Of a stretch of 64,000 nucleotides of DNA, positions 10,060 to 19,625 are shown one piece after another. Numbering within the stretch: position 1 is the stretch's first letter; each line of letters begins with the position of its first letter. Source of the stretch: a virus; the IMG/VR virus record IMGVR_UViG_3300045988_136451; one strand, given 5' to 3'. The translations under genes were made by a program, and so were the position numbers. The notes under the pieces were generated by a model, which did no database searches, was not told where the DNA came from, and saw only the letters and a program-made list of their open reading frames with translations.

Positions 10060-10773
10060 CTACGGCCAAGACGGCTCGGACTGCCACTTGCCGCCGCTCT
10101 GGTTGTCGGAGTTCATGAGCTGCGGCGGGTCGCATACGTGGTCGCGCGACACCGTGAGCGAGTGCGGAGCGCCGCCCCACAGCTCGTCGGAATAGCGGAA
10201 GTCGGTAGGGAGCAGCAGCTTCGCCGTCCCGCTCTGCGACACGAGCATGCGCTGCAAGTTGGTCGTCATCTCGGTGTTGTTCGACGACACAACGCCCTGA
10301 ATCGTCTGGTACTTCACGGGGCCGTCCAGCTGGAAGATGCGACCGCGAAGCGTCACGAGCGTGCCGGTCATCTCCAACACCTCGCACAGCAGGTCGCCGT
10401 CGTGGTAGATCGGCTCGACCGCCATCTTCACCGTAACGTCGAACTTCTCGCGCGTGCCGTGGTTGTCGTACTCGGTGTTGTCGCTGCCGTTCTCGTTCAC
10501 CACCATGCGGCGCATCTCCAAAGGGCGGTAGCCTCCGTCGAACGTCGTGCCGTAGCAGTTCGGGCAGTCGTTCGGTCGCTTCGACTGGTGGTTCACCTCG
10601 TCCCAGCAGACCGGGCAGCGCTTCACGAGGCCGTCCGCGAGGTCTTGCAGCGTCCACATGCGGCGCACGAGCCACGTTGAGCCGCACAGCCTCATGCCGT
10701 CCTCGACGGCCTTCCTCGTGTAGAGGACTTCGCGGGAGACGTGCCCCGCGTCCCAGTAGGCGACCCGTCCCAT
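10060..10773 (-). CDS. Hypothetical protein with zinc-ribbon motif (237 aa)
   Basis: Track ORF containing CPVCWDEVNHQSKRPNDCPNCYG. Confidence 0.3.
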   Translation of the reverse strand: MGRVAYWDAGHVSREVLYTRKAVEDGMRLCGSTWLVRRMWTLQDLADGLVKRCPVCWDEVNHQSKRPNDCPNCYGTTFDGGYRPLEMRRMVVNENGSDNTEYDNHGTREKFDVTVKMAVEPIYHDGDLLCEVLEMTGTLVTLRGRIFQLDGPVKYQTIQGVVSSNNTEMTTNLQRMLVSQSGTAKLLLPTDFRYSDELWGGAPHSLTVSRDHVCDPPQLMNSDNQSGGKWQSEPSWP

Positions 10774-10774
10774 C

Positions 10775-11347
10775 CTAGCGCCCCCACCAAGGCAGGGCCT
10801 TCTCGTAGGAGCGGAAGAAGGGCCATCCCAGAGAGGCGTAGGGGGTGGATGCCCAGTCGATGAGCGCGATGGTGTTGTGCGCCGCGCTCATGTCCTGAAG
10901 GACGGTGGACAGCTTCTTGCCCGCCTCCTTCAGCTGGTTCTGGTAGTCGGTCAGCACGGACTGCCAGCGGTTGAGGTAGTCGCGGCGCACCACGTCCGGC
11001 GCGCCGACGCGGGACGTGTCCGGTATCTCGACGTAGCCGATTATGTACTGGCGTATTATCTCGATCTTCAAGGCGACCTCGAACGCCGCCGACAGGAATG
11101 GAACCGCCCACGGGAACGACTGCATGTCCCAGTTCGCGCTGGGGTGCATGCAGTACGTCATGAGGGTGCCGAGCGCCGCCGGGACGAGGGCAGCGTCAGC
11201 GTCGATGCTGTACGGCGTTACCTCTTCCAGAAACGGCCCCCAGTCGTTGTTGTCGAACTGCATGGTGAAGTAGGCGGCGACGTTGCGCACCGCCGACTGC
11301 GCGCCCTCCGGCAGGTCTGCGAACTTTATGCTTCCCTCTATCTCCAT
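10775..11347 (-). CDS. Hypothetical head-tail connector region protein (190 aa)
   Basis: Track ORF; position only. Confidence 0.3.
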   Translation of the reverse strand: MEIEGSIKFADLPEGAQSAVRNVAAYFTMQFDNNDWGPFLEEVTPYSIDADAALVPAALGTLMTYCMHPSANWDMQSFPWAVPFLSAAFEVALKIEIIRQYIIGYVEIPDTSRVGAPDVVRRDYLNRWQSVLTDYQNQLKEAGKKLSTVLQDMSAAHNTIALIDWASTPYASLGWPFFRSYEKALPWWGR

Positions 11348-11377
11348 GGTGCAGGCTCCTTCCCGCCGCGCCCAGAA

Positions 11378-11959
11378 CTACTCGTTGTCGAACACGGGAC
11401 GCGCGTCTGCGGGCGCGAGGGGCGACGTGGCGGCCTCTGCGGGCTTGGAAGCGTCCGAACCCTCTCCTTCTGCGTTCCCCGCCTCTGCGGGCTTCACAGG
11501 TGCCTCTGCGGGCTTCTTGGCGGCCTTCTCGTCGGCCTTCTTCGCCGCCGCGCCGGTCTTCGTCCACTTCCCGTCGATCAGCTCGTAGTCGTCGGGATTC
11601 TCGTCCTTGTGGCGACCGCAGAAGCGCGGAGCGTCCTCGTACCTCTCGCCCTCCGCGAGCTGCACGACGGCGTTGCACGGGTTGCCGTTCTTGAACACTC
11701 CGGGGCAGTGCACGGTGGTAAGAACCTCGGTGTCGCCCGCGTCGATGAGGTCGGCGACGGTCTCCTGCTCCTTCGCGGCCTTCGGCTTCTCGCCGTCCAC
11801 GATCTCGACGTAGCCGAGCGACACGAGCGTTCTGATCGCAGTGTCGTCCTCCTTCGCGTCGATCAGCGCCACGGTCTCGCCGGGTGCGATCTGGCGCTGG
11901 CGCTTGCCGTCGTTGTAGGCGAAGTTCTGGAATGTCTTGGACACGTTCTTCAAAAACAT
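11378..11959 (-). CDS. Hypothetical protein (about 193 aa)
   Basis: Start adjusted to MFLKNVSKTFQNF, preceded by an AAGGAGA ribosome-binding site. Has a Lys/Ala/Glu-rich C-terminal tail. Confidence 0.35.
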   Translation of the reverse strand: MFLKNVSKTFQNFAYNDGKRQRQIAPGETVALIDAKEDDTAIRTLVSLGYVEIVDGEKPKAAKEQETVADLIDAGDTEVLTTVHCPGVFKNGNPCNAVVQLAEGERYEDAPRFCGRHKDENPDDYELIDGKWTKTGAAAKKADEKAAKKPAEAPVKPAEAGNAEGEGSDASKPAEAATSPLAPADARPVFDNE

Positions 11960-12041
11960 GGCTTTCTCCTTACTTGCGGGTTGACTTTCCCTTGGTTGCA
12001 AAGTCTACCTCAAAACGGGAAGACGTGCGACATGCGCGGTG

Positions 12042-12057
12042 TCGATTAAATAATCGA
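12042..12057. repeat. AT-rich 16-bp palindrome TCGATTAAATAATCGA (site 1)
   Basis: Perfect 7-2-7 palindrome in a GC-rich intergenic region, 5 bp upstream of a TTGACA -35 box. Confidence 0.8.
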
Positions 12058-12062
12058 GGCCC

Positions 12063-12090
12063 TTGACAGGCCGTGCCCCCCCCCATAACG
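12063..12090 (+). promoter_or_regulatory. Orphan poly-C promoter-like element (TTGACA, 7 nt, C9 tract 12076..12084)
   Basis: Same TTGAC(A/T)-N7-C9 architecture as the four array promoters at 50.5-52.1 kb. No plus-strand ORF follows, and the shared terminator lies about 55 nt downstream. Confidence 0.45.
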
Positions 12091-12139
12091 GTTCCTTCGG
12101 GCGGCCAGATCAACATAGTCAGGCTCCCGACACCGGCGT

Positions 12140-12170
12140 AAAAAAAAGAACCCCTCTCGCGAGGGGTTCT
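12140..12170 (-). terminator. Rho-independent terminator downstream of the major capsid gene
   Basis: Hairpin GAACCCCTCTCGCGAGGGGTTC followed on the minus strand by T8. A 33-nt identical copy lies downstream of the endolysin gene at 52715..52746. Confidence 0.7.
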
Positions 12171-12183
12171 TCTCTTGCTGCGG

Positions 12184-13137
12184 TTAAGCTACATTCAAGT
12201 CCATGCGGACGACACCGTAGGAGTTGGCGATGATCTCGTTGATGAGTTCGCTGTACACCCAGCCGATGGTGAAGTTCTCGGCCTTGGGGTTGTCCACGCC
12301 GTCGAGCTGCTTCAGAATCGGCATCCAGCCAAGATACTCCGGCTCCGGAACGAGGTAAATCTTGTTCATCGGGCAGATGATCGAGGTCATGATGGAGAAG
12401 CGGCCCATCTTGGTGATCGGCTTGCCGTCCATCACGTCGTCGAGGAACTTAACGCCCGTGGTGTCGAGCTTCCACTTGTACAGGTCGTTCGCCGTCGCCG
12501 GGTTCATGATGACGCGGTTGGACTGCAAGCGGTTCTGGATGGCGATCTTCTCGGCATCGTAGAACGCGCCGGGGTTGATCTCGCCGGTGACCGTGGTCAC
12601 ATGCGAGGTGAGGCCCGCCCAGTCCGGGTTTTCGGAGGTGATCTTGGACACGGCAGCGTCGAGCGAGGAGAACAGGTAGCCGTCCTCCTGCTCCATGATG
12701 CGCTGCTCGGCCTCGCCCTTGGCGTAGTCCACCATGTTGATGGCGAGCTTGTAGATGTCCTCCTCGGCGATCTGGGGGAACGCCGCGATGCGGATGACCT
12801 CGTAGCGTACGCGGTTGCCCTCGTACTGCGCGATCTTCACTTCGTTGTCGTGCGGTTGCAGCTTGTAGGCCGCGCCGAACTCGGTGGTGATGTCGTAGAA
12901 CAGGCCAGCGCCCTGCGGCAGCGGGTCTTCCATCAGAACGGAGCGCACGATGCCCTCGTAGCGGAGACGCATGATGATCGGGCCTACCACGCCCTGCGCG
13001 ACCTTGGTGGACGCGAGACGCATGTCGTGGCGGTTGTCCGTCAGAATCTTGTTGAGCGCCGCCTGACGCTTCGCGGGGGACGACGGTTTCGCACCCATCT
13101 CCGCGACGATCTCGGCGGAAGTCTTAGGCATTGCCAT
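12184..13137 (-). CDS. Major capsid protein (317 aa)
   Basis: Follows the scaffold-like and decoration-like genes and is followed by a strong terminator. Its size and position match a major capsid protein. Family not identified. Confidence 0.5.
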   Translation of the reverse strand: MAMPKTSAEIVAEMGAKPSSPAKRQAALNKILTDNRHDMRLASTKVAQGVVGPIIMRLRYEGIVRSVLMEDPLPQGAGLFYDITTEFGAAYKLQPHDNEVKIAQYEGNRVRYEVIRIAAFPQIAEEDIYKLAINMVDYAKGEAEQRIMEQEDGYLFSSLDAAVSKITSENPDWAGLTSHVTTVTGEINPGAFYDAEKIAIQNRLQSNRVIMNPATANDLYKWKLDTTGVKFLDDVMDGKPITKMGRFSIMTSIICPMNKIYLVPEPEYLGWMPILKQLDGVDNPKAENFTIGWVYSELINEIIANSYGVVRMDLNVA

Positions 13138-13161
13138 TTCTCTGCACCTTCCCTTCTTATC

Positions 13162-13671
13162 TTAGCGGGCGAACGTGACGATGAGGGTGGAACCCTCCAT
13201 GCCGAGCAGTTCGCAGATGGTGTTCTCGGTCTTGGTCTGCGGCGCGGTTTCGAGCGTCAGCAGGCCCTTGGCGTTGGACTTCAGGTAGACGTTCTTGCCA
13301 GCCTTCAGGTTGGCGATCTCCGCCGTCCAACCGGCGCCCGTGTCGTACGCCGGGGGATAGATGGCGAACTGGCTGTCTTCGCCGCCGACCCACACGCCCA
13401 TCAGGTTGAGGCCGTTTTCGCGCACCTCGTCGATGTTCATGCCGGGAGCGCAGAAGCTGTCTGCGAGGCCGTAAGGGGCCTTCGTGCCGTCGCACAGGGT
13501 CACAACGCCGTTGCCGAGATAGGACATGACGCAGCCGGGGAGGATGTCTCCGGATGCGGCGGTGAACGTCGGGTCGAGCGTCATGGACTGGTTGGTGGCT
13601 TGGGTCTTCGCGTACAGCGGCTTGATGGTGCGGTGCTGCAAGGGGTTGTTGGCAGGAACCATGAGTGCCAT
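13162..13671 (-). CDS. Head decoration-like protein (about 169 aa)
   Basis: Start adjusted to MALMVPANNPLQHRTIKPLYAKTQAT, with an AAAGGAG ribosome-binding site. Its N-terminus is paralogous to the product of 19626..20537 (TLKPLFTKTQAT). Confidence 0.4.
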   Translation of the reverse strand: MALMVPANNPLQHRTIKPLYAKTQATNQSMTLDPTFTAASGDILPGCVMSYLGNGVVTLCDGTKAPYGLADSFCAPGMNIDEVRENGLNLMGVWVGGEDSQFAIYPPAYDTGAGWTAEIANLKAGKNVYLKSNAKGLLTLETAPQTKTENTICELLGMEGSTLIVTFAR

Positions 13672-13694
13672 AGTAACCACTCCTTTCTTTCGTC

Positions 13695-14642
13695 TTAGTA
13701 GAGCGCACCGAGTTCGGTGCGGGTTGCGGATACGGCCTTGCTCGCGGTCTTCGCCGCGACGTGCCGGGCCGGTGCGACACCGGCGACGCGCTGGGCGCTG
13801 CCCACGGCGCGCAGCTTCTCGGTCGCCAGCTTCATGGCCTCGACGGAGTAGCGGTTGGCGTACTCCTCGCACACGGCGGCATCGCGCACCGTCGGGGCGA
13901 GGACACCTGCGGCCTTCTCGACCTTCACGAGGTCGAGCGCGGCGCAGAACGTCGCCTTGGCGGCCTCCACGGACGCGGGCGGCTTAACGCCCTCGCCGTT
14001 GTCCTTGGTGGTGCCGTCGGGGGCGATGGACTTCTCTTCGAGGTCGTCGGAAACGGCGACCTCGGTTGCCGTGTCCTTCTGCGGAAGATCGGGGGCCTCT
14101 GCGGTGTCCTTCACGAGGTCGTCGGAGATTTCGCCGTCGGCGGTCTCCGCCTTCTTGCCGCGAGAGGCCACGCGCGCCCTGCGCGCCAGCTTCTTCTTCG
14201 ACGCGCTGCGCTTGACAGCCGCTTCCACGGCATCCTCCACAGCGTCCTCGATGATCTCGGCCAGCTCCTCCTCCGGCAGCGCTGCGGCTTCCGGTATCGC
14301 ATCGACGATGGCCTGCACGGCCTCGTCGGAAACGGCATCGGCAACGTCGTCTGCCACGTCCTCCTCCTCGTCATCCACGATGCGCTCGATCTCCTCGGCG
14401 TGCTCGTCCTGCGCGATCTTGTAGGCACGGCGCTTCAGCTTGCGGGCGAAACGCTTTGCCTCCTTGTCGTCGTCGGTCACGTCCTTGGTCTCGGTCTCCG
14501 TGACTTCCTTGGTCTCGTCGTAATCCTCTTGGGAAGTCTTGGCCGTGGGGCGAGCGGACTTGGGCATGGCGGATGCGTTCTTGCGCTTGGCAGCGATGGA
14601 GGCCAGCATAGACCTGCGCTGCTCTGCATTGAGCTTACCCAT
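13695..14642 (-). CDS. Scaffolding-like protein (about 315 aa)
   Basis: Start adjusted to MGKLNAEQRRSML, with an AAAGGAG ribosome-binding site. Highly charged Glu/Asp/Lys/Ala-rich protein upstream of the capsid gene. Confidence 0.45.
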   Translation of the reverse strand: MGKLNAEQRRSMLASIAAKRKNASAMPKSARPTAKTSQEDYDETKEVTETETKDVTDDDKEAKRFARKLKRRAYKIAQDEHAEEIERIVDDEEEDVADDVADAVSDEAVQAIVDAIPEAAALPEEELAEIIEDAVEDAVEAAVKRSASKKKLARRARVASRGKKAETADGEISDDLVKDTAEAPDLPQKDTATEVAVSDDLEEKSIAPDGTTKDNGEGVKPPASVEAAKATFCAALDLVKVEKAAGVLAPTVRDAAVCEEYANRYSVEAMKLATEKLRAVGSAQRVAGVAPARHVAAKTASKAVSATRTELGALY

Positions 14643-14822
14643 GTAACGCTCCTTTCGTGAAACTAGTGTCTCCTGAACGTGCACGCATGGTGCACGGCTC
14701 CATTTTGACACATACAGAAAATCGCGCAACATAGAAAGCGCCCCTCCGAAGAGGGGCGCTGCCGGTCTACCACTGGCCGTTCGGCTTATCAGGCTCGTTT
14801 CAACCCACGCCCTCGCGGGCGA

Positions 14823-15092
14823 CTAATCGTAGAAGTACAGTATGCTGCTGTCGTCGGTCACCATCGACGGGCTTACGCCGCCCCTATCGACGAACGGGTC
14901 GAGCACGGGCGTTGTGAACACCGCGTCGCCCTTCACGAAGTAATGCTCGCCGTCGGCGTAGAACGTGTCGTCCCACCTCGTCGATTCGAGCGCGCGGACG
15001 AACGCGTTGTCCGCCGGGGTGCTCCTGTCCCAAGCCTCGCGCAGGAAGTTGTAAAGTTCGAGGTCTGTCATCGCAAGCCCCTTCCTACGCAC
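14823..15092 (-). CDS. Hypothetical protein (89 aa)
   Basis: Track ORF. Confidence 0.3.
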   Translation of the reverse strand: MRRKGLAMTDLELYNFLREAWDRSTPADNAFVRALESTRWDDTFYADGEHYFVKGDAVFTTPVLDPFVDRGGVSPSMVTDDSSILYFYD

Positions 15093-17931
15093 CCAATGCC
15101 GCCTTGGAGCCGGTGCGCCTGCCGACCTCCTCGGTGACGGCGCTCTTCGCGCCCTCCAACGTGTCCTCGTCGCCCTCGGCCATCTTCTCGCCGGACGCGC
15201 CGCCGCTCGTCATGTCGATCAGCTCCCAGTGGTACTTTCCGGGCGTGGAGTAGTCGTAATCGACCTCCATCTCGTACGGGTGCTCGAACTTGGCCCACAC
15301 GCCGTCCTGCTCCTCCCAGCCGTCGTCGGCGGTCTTCGCGGAGGCGGTGCGGCCCAGAGCGTCGTCGATGGCGGCCTGCGCGCTCGGGAAGTACCCTTGG
15401 CGCGGATAGCCCTTCACTCCCACGTCTTCGGTGACCCAGTACCAGTTGTAGGTTCCGTCGGCCTCGACTTCGGCGTTCACGATCTTGCCGTCGCCCGTGA
15501 AGCGCCACGGGCTTCCGAGAGCGCCGCCGCCCATGGTCTCGAACTTCGTCCAGCCGTCGGGCGCGGGCGTTGAGCGCCCGGTGTCGTGCCCGTCGCTCGC
15601 CGCCGTCTTGGCGGGGAGGCGCTGGGCGTTCTGCGCCAGCCACTCGTCCGCGAGCCTCGCGCAGTACTCCATGGCAGGCTCGATCATGCAGAAGCCGTCC
15701 TCCGGGTTGTCGTACTTCGCCAGCAGCTGGTCGTACGGCATGCTTTCGACCTCGGCGTAGGGCAGGCCGTCGATTGAGACGGTCTTGACGCGGGCGATCT
15801 CCAAGCTCGGCTCGTACGCGCCGTCCAGCGTTCCGTCGTAATAGGCGTAGCAGCCCTTCGCGTCGTAGTAGAGGTTTCCGGGAAGGTTCGTCCAGCCAGC
15901 CCACGACACGTTGACGGTGGAGCCATCGCTTCCGACGTACTTGTACCAGTAGTCTTCGCCCGCATGCTCCCATCCGCCCATCTGCGCGGTCTTTCCGCCG
16001 ACGAGATGCAATCCTTCCGCCCTGTCGGAAAGCCAGTCGTGGGCATCGTACGTGGTGTCGAAGTACTCGACATCTTCGCCATCGGAGGCTTGCCAGCAAT
16101 CGTACTGGTCGTTCCACTCTATGGCATATCCGTCATAAGTGTACTTGGTGGTGCCGTCAGGCCCCGCGCCCGTCTGCCATGAATCGAGCGACGGAAGCGA
16201 TGCGGTCTTCGATGCCGTGGTGACGCGCACGGTCTTGGGAGGCGCTGCGGAAACGACCTCGTTGTACGTCATCTTCTCGAACCGCTCCGCCTGACGCAGG
16301 GCGTAGTCCATGTTCGGCATCATGCCGAACTCGTGCACCTGACCCTTGTCGGAGATGACGGTGAGCTGCGGCTTGGAGCCGATCTGCTGCTGGACGACAC
16401 CGATGGTCGCCCTCTTGTCCTTCGTCTGCCCTTCGTAGAAGGCGTAGAACGGCAGCTCCTCGTCATGGTAGCTAATCTCCGGGGCGAGGCCGCCGCTGGC
16501 CGTCTTGCGCGGCGCACGCCTCGCCTCCCTCATTATCCTCTCGATCTCGCTTTTCGCATCTTCCTCATAATCGTCCTCGCCCTCTGCGAGAACGTATCCA
16601 TAGGCATCCTCGACGAACCAAACCCCGTCTTCCGACAGAACCGCGCGGGTTCCGTTGTCGCCGGTCGCCTTCCACCCGTTATATCCGTTGTCCTTCCACA
16701 CGACATCAGCCGTCTTGCCGCGCGACGCGCGTTTTGCAGCGCCGACGAAAGACCGGACGGAAACGTCGATGTCCTTCCCGTCGTTGTATTCCTTCTCGAA
16801 GGAAACCGTGTATTCGTCCCAAACGGAGAAGTCGTCGAAAGGCGCTTCCCTGCCGGAGACCATCTGGGATATTTTGCGCGTCATCTCGCCGTCCAGCTCA
16901 ACGTCGCTCCGCATGTGCACGTTGATGCCGTCAAACACCTGCCCGTAATTGAACTCGGACGACACCTTCCTCGATGCCGTGCGGCGCGCGGAGCGCTTGC
17001 GCCCTGCGGAGCGGGCCGCCCTGTTCTCCGCGCTCTTCTTCTCCATGTCGTCGTCCTTTCCATCGGTCTCCCGCTCGACCTCTCCGATGCCTTCGTTGAA
17101 CTCGTCCTCCTCGGACGGGTCGAGGTCGATGAGCAGCTTGTGAAGCTCTCCGGCGTGCTCCTTCTCCTCGTCGCGTATGTCCTCCAAGCCCTTGCGCACG
17201 GGGTCGCCCTCGGGCAGGAGGTCGATGTAGGCGCTGTACATCAGGATAGCGTCGTTCTCCGCCTTCATGTTGTCGCGGATGGCGCGCTTCTTCAGCTCCT
17301 CCTCCGAAAGCTCCTCGGGGTCAACCGGCATCTGCTGCGCGGTCTTCCCCTCCTTCCATTCGCCCTCGATGCCGTCGGCTTCGAGCTTCGCCACGACGGC
17401 ATCGTACAGCTCGCCGCCGAGCGCGTCTTGGACGATCTGCCAGTAGCGGTTGTCGTGCTCCTCCATGGCGGTGCCGTGGTCGTATCCGGCCAAGTCCCCC
17501 GCCACGAGCCAGTCAACGACGGCCTGAACCGTGCGGTCGTCCGGCATGGACGCGCTCTTGGGCATCCTGCCGCTCCCTGACACCTCTTCTGTGTCCCTGC
17601 CGTACTCCGGCAGCGTTTTGAACTCGACGCGCCCCACATCGGCTCCTGTTCCCTCGGAGGCGGCGTTGCGCCCCATGCACAGGGGCAGCTTCCCGCTGCC
17701 CTCGATCAATTTGCAGAACTCGCGCGCCTCGTCCTCGTCCGCGCACACCTTGAACCGCGCCGCCTCGTTCGGCTTGTCCTTCTCGAAGACACCGGCCCAC
17801 ACGGTGTCGCCGGTCTTGTCTATCGAGTAGTTGAACGCCTCGCCGCACGATGTCAGGACGCGGGGCATCTCCTCTTTCCATCGCAGGGCCGTCTTCGCGC
17901 CCCGCTCGATTATTTTATCGGGCTTGCCCAT
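15085..17931 (-). CDS. Large virion-associated hypothetical protein (948 aa)
   Basis: Track ORF with acidic stretches and Trp/Tyr-rich C-terminal repeats. A TCGATTATTTTATCG variant of the palindrome overlaps codons 3-7, encoding DKIIE. Confidence 0.4.
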   Translation of the reverse strand: MGKPDKIIERGAKTALRWKEEMPRVLTSCGEAFNYSIDKTGDTVWAGVFEKDKPNEAARFKVCADEDEAREFCKLIEGSGKLPLCMGRNAASEGTGADVGRVEFKTLPEYGRDTEEVSGSGRMPKSASMPDDRTVQAVVDWLVAGDLAGYDHGTAMEEHDNRYWQIVQDALGGELYDAVVAKLEADGIEGEWKEGKTAQQMPVDPEELSEEELKKRAIRDNMKAENDAILMYSAYIDLLPEGDPVRKGLEDIRDEEKEHAGELHKLLIDLDPSEEDEFNEGIGEVERETDGKDDDMEKKSAENRAARSAGRKRSARRTASRKVSSEFNYGQVFDGINVHMRSDVELDGEMTRKISQMVSGREAPFDDFSVWDEYTVSFEKEYNDGKDIDVSVRSFVGAAKRASRGKTADVVWKDNGYNGWKATGDNGTRAVLSEDGVWFVEDAYGYVLAEGEDDYEEDAKSEIERIMREARRAPRKTASGGLAPEISYHDEELPFYAFYEGQTKDKRATIGVVQQQIGSKPQLTVISDKGQVHEFGMMPNMDYALRQAERFEKMTYNEVVSAAPPKTVRVTTASKTASLPSLDSWQTGAGPDGTTKYTYDGYAIEWNDQYDCWQASDGEDVEYFDTTYDAHDWLSDRAEGLHLVGGKTAQMGGWEHAGEDYWYKYVGSDGSTVNVSWAGWTNLPGNLYYDAKGCYAYYDGTLDGAYEPSLEIARVKTVSIDGLPYAEVESMPYDQLLAKYDNPEDGFCMIEPAMEYCARLADEWLAQNAQRLPAKTAASDGHDTGRSTPAPDGWTKFETMGGGALGSPWRFTGDGKIVNAEVEADGTYNWYWVTEDVGVKGYPRQGYFPSAQAAIDDALGRTASAKTADDGWEEQDGVWAKFEHPYEMEVDYDYSTPGKYHWELIDMTSGGASGEKMAEGDEDTLEGAKSAVTEEVGRRTGSKAALGA

Positions 17932-17989
17932 GCTCGCTCCTTCAAAAGTCCGAAGGGGAGGGGCCTCGCCCTCCCCTGAAAGCTGTCTC

Positions 17990-19615
17990 CTACCGGTTCC
18001 ACGCCGGGTCGTACGCGAACGGAACCTCGTACCACGGTTTGCCGTCGATCTCGTCGATGAACGTGCTCACTTGGTTCTTGAACTCGTATCCGTCGATGAT
18101 CGCGGTCGTCTCCGGGGTCACGCGCAGGTACAGATCGCTGTTCCAATGGCTGATGTCGCTGTCGGGAACGCCGCTGCGCTCGATCTCCTCGAACAGGCTT
18201 GCGGTCTTCTTGGTCATGGATGCGGCCTTCCTCTTGGTTTTCCTCGCTGCCGCCATCTTACCACAAGTCTTAACTTTTGTCTTAACTTTTTCTCCGACTT
18301 TTTCCCTTACGTTCTTCTCCGCCAAAGCGACCAGCATGCGCGCGTGGATGTCGTTGCCGAGCGCGGTGCGGGAGGCGACGCGGAACGCGAAGCCGTTGTC
18401 GATGGTGTAGCCGTCGTTGATAACGATGTCGCGCCCGAAGCCCTCGTAGTCGAAGTACATCTCCTTCTCGTCGTCGCTGATGCCGTCGAAGCCAAACTCA
18501 TCGACGATGCGGTACCCCAAGTCGCGCTCGTCGTACACGTCGCTCCAATAGTCAACGTCGTCGATGTGCTCGGCGACGTATTCAAGGCTTTCGTAGTCGA
18601 GCAGCGCGTCGAGCAGATCGTCGTCGAGGTCTGCGTCCTCTATGGCCTCCACCCACTCGTTCACGCTGTATATGTCGTCGTACTCGCCGACGCTGCTGCC
18701 AAGCCCGTCGGTGTCGGAGATCATGACCTCCTCGTAGAACTCGCCGTCGGGGCCGGTCTGCGCGCGCTCGATGGCCTCCTCGATCTCGCTCTCGGAGGCT
18801 GGCAGCTTCAACCAGTCGCCGTTGGTGGGGTTGGACACCGCGCCGATGAATATCTCGCAGTCGCCGCCGAACGCCACCTTGCGCGCGGCCCATGCCCTGT
18901 AGCGCGCCTCCTTCGTCGCGAGGCGCGGCTTGCGGGACGCGTGCTTCGGCATCTTCTCGACCTCGGCCTTGTACTCCGCATAGGCCTCCTTGTCGGTCAG
19001 CTTCGCGCAGGCGACCATGCCCACGGCGCAGCCCATGCCCGCGAGGTGGTGCAGCACCTCGTCGTTGACCTTCCTCGCCATGCGGCGCTCCGCCATGCGG
19101 GACGCAACCCATTCCGCCTTGGCGATCTCCCCTGCGGGCACGCCGTCGGGGTCTCCGTCCATGAGGTCGTCAGCCGCGTCGGTAAGCTCGTCGATGTCCT
19201 GCGCGACCCTGAACGCGGCGCTCTCCTTCTCGTGCGCCTTCAGGTGCTCTTCCAAAGCGTCGTCGGCATCGTTCTTGGCATCCTCGATGCTGTCGGAATG
19301 CCCGCTGTCCACGGTGCGGTCGTCGGTGTCCAGCACGTCCCAGCGGTAGCGCTTCTCGCCGCCGTCGTCCCACTTGACGGTCGCCTGATAGCCGCCGTCG
19401 TGCTTGCGCCACGTGGTGTCCTTCTCGTCCGGGTTCCCCTCGTTGTCTGCCTTCCATTCAGCGGCCATCTTGCGGCCTCCTTCCATGCGCTTCAGGCGCT
19501 TCAGCTCGTCTCGCTGGTGGTCTGTCTCGTCGTAGTCGTAAGGCAGCGCGAAGTCCGTCACGCAGTCGCCGTCGCCCTCGCGAGCCTTGCGGCTCATACC
19601 CTTAACAAGCTCCAT
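17990..19615 (-). CDS. Hypothetical protein (about 541 aa), possibly two fused genes
   Basis: Start adjusted to MELVKGMSRKA, with an AAGGAGA ribosome-binding site. An in-frame AT-rich element at 18243..18300 precedes an internal start MAAARKTKRK. Confidence 0.35.
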   Translation of the reverse strand: MELVKGMSRKAREGDGDCVTDFALPYDYDETDHQRDELKRLKRMEGGRKMAAEWKADNEGNPDEKDTTWRKHDGGYQATVKWDDGGEKRYRWDVLDTDDRTVDSGHSDSIEDAKNDADDALEEHLKAHEKESAAFRVAQDIDELTDAADDLMDGDPDGVPAGEIAKAEWVASRMAERRMARKVNDEVLHHLAGMGCAVGMVACAKLTDKEAYAEYKAEVEKMPKHASRKPRLATKEARYRAWAARKVAFGGDCEIFIGAVSNPTNGDWLKLPASESEIEEAIERAQTGPDGEFYEEVMISDTDGLGSSVGEYDDIYSVNEWVEAIEDADLDDDLLDALLDYESLEYVAEHIDDVDYWSDVYDERDLGYRIVDEFGFDGISDDEKEMYFDYEGFGRDIVINDGYTIDNGFAFRVASRTALGNDIHARMLVALAEKNVREKVGEKVKTKVKTCGKMAAARKTKRKAASMTKKTASLFEEIERSGVPDSDISHWNSDLYLRVTPETTAIIDGYEFKNQVSTFIDEIDGKPWYEVPFAYDPAWNR

Positions 19616-19625
19616 CTTTCTCTCC

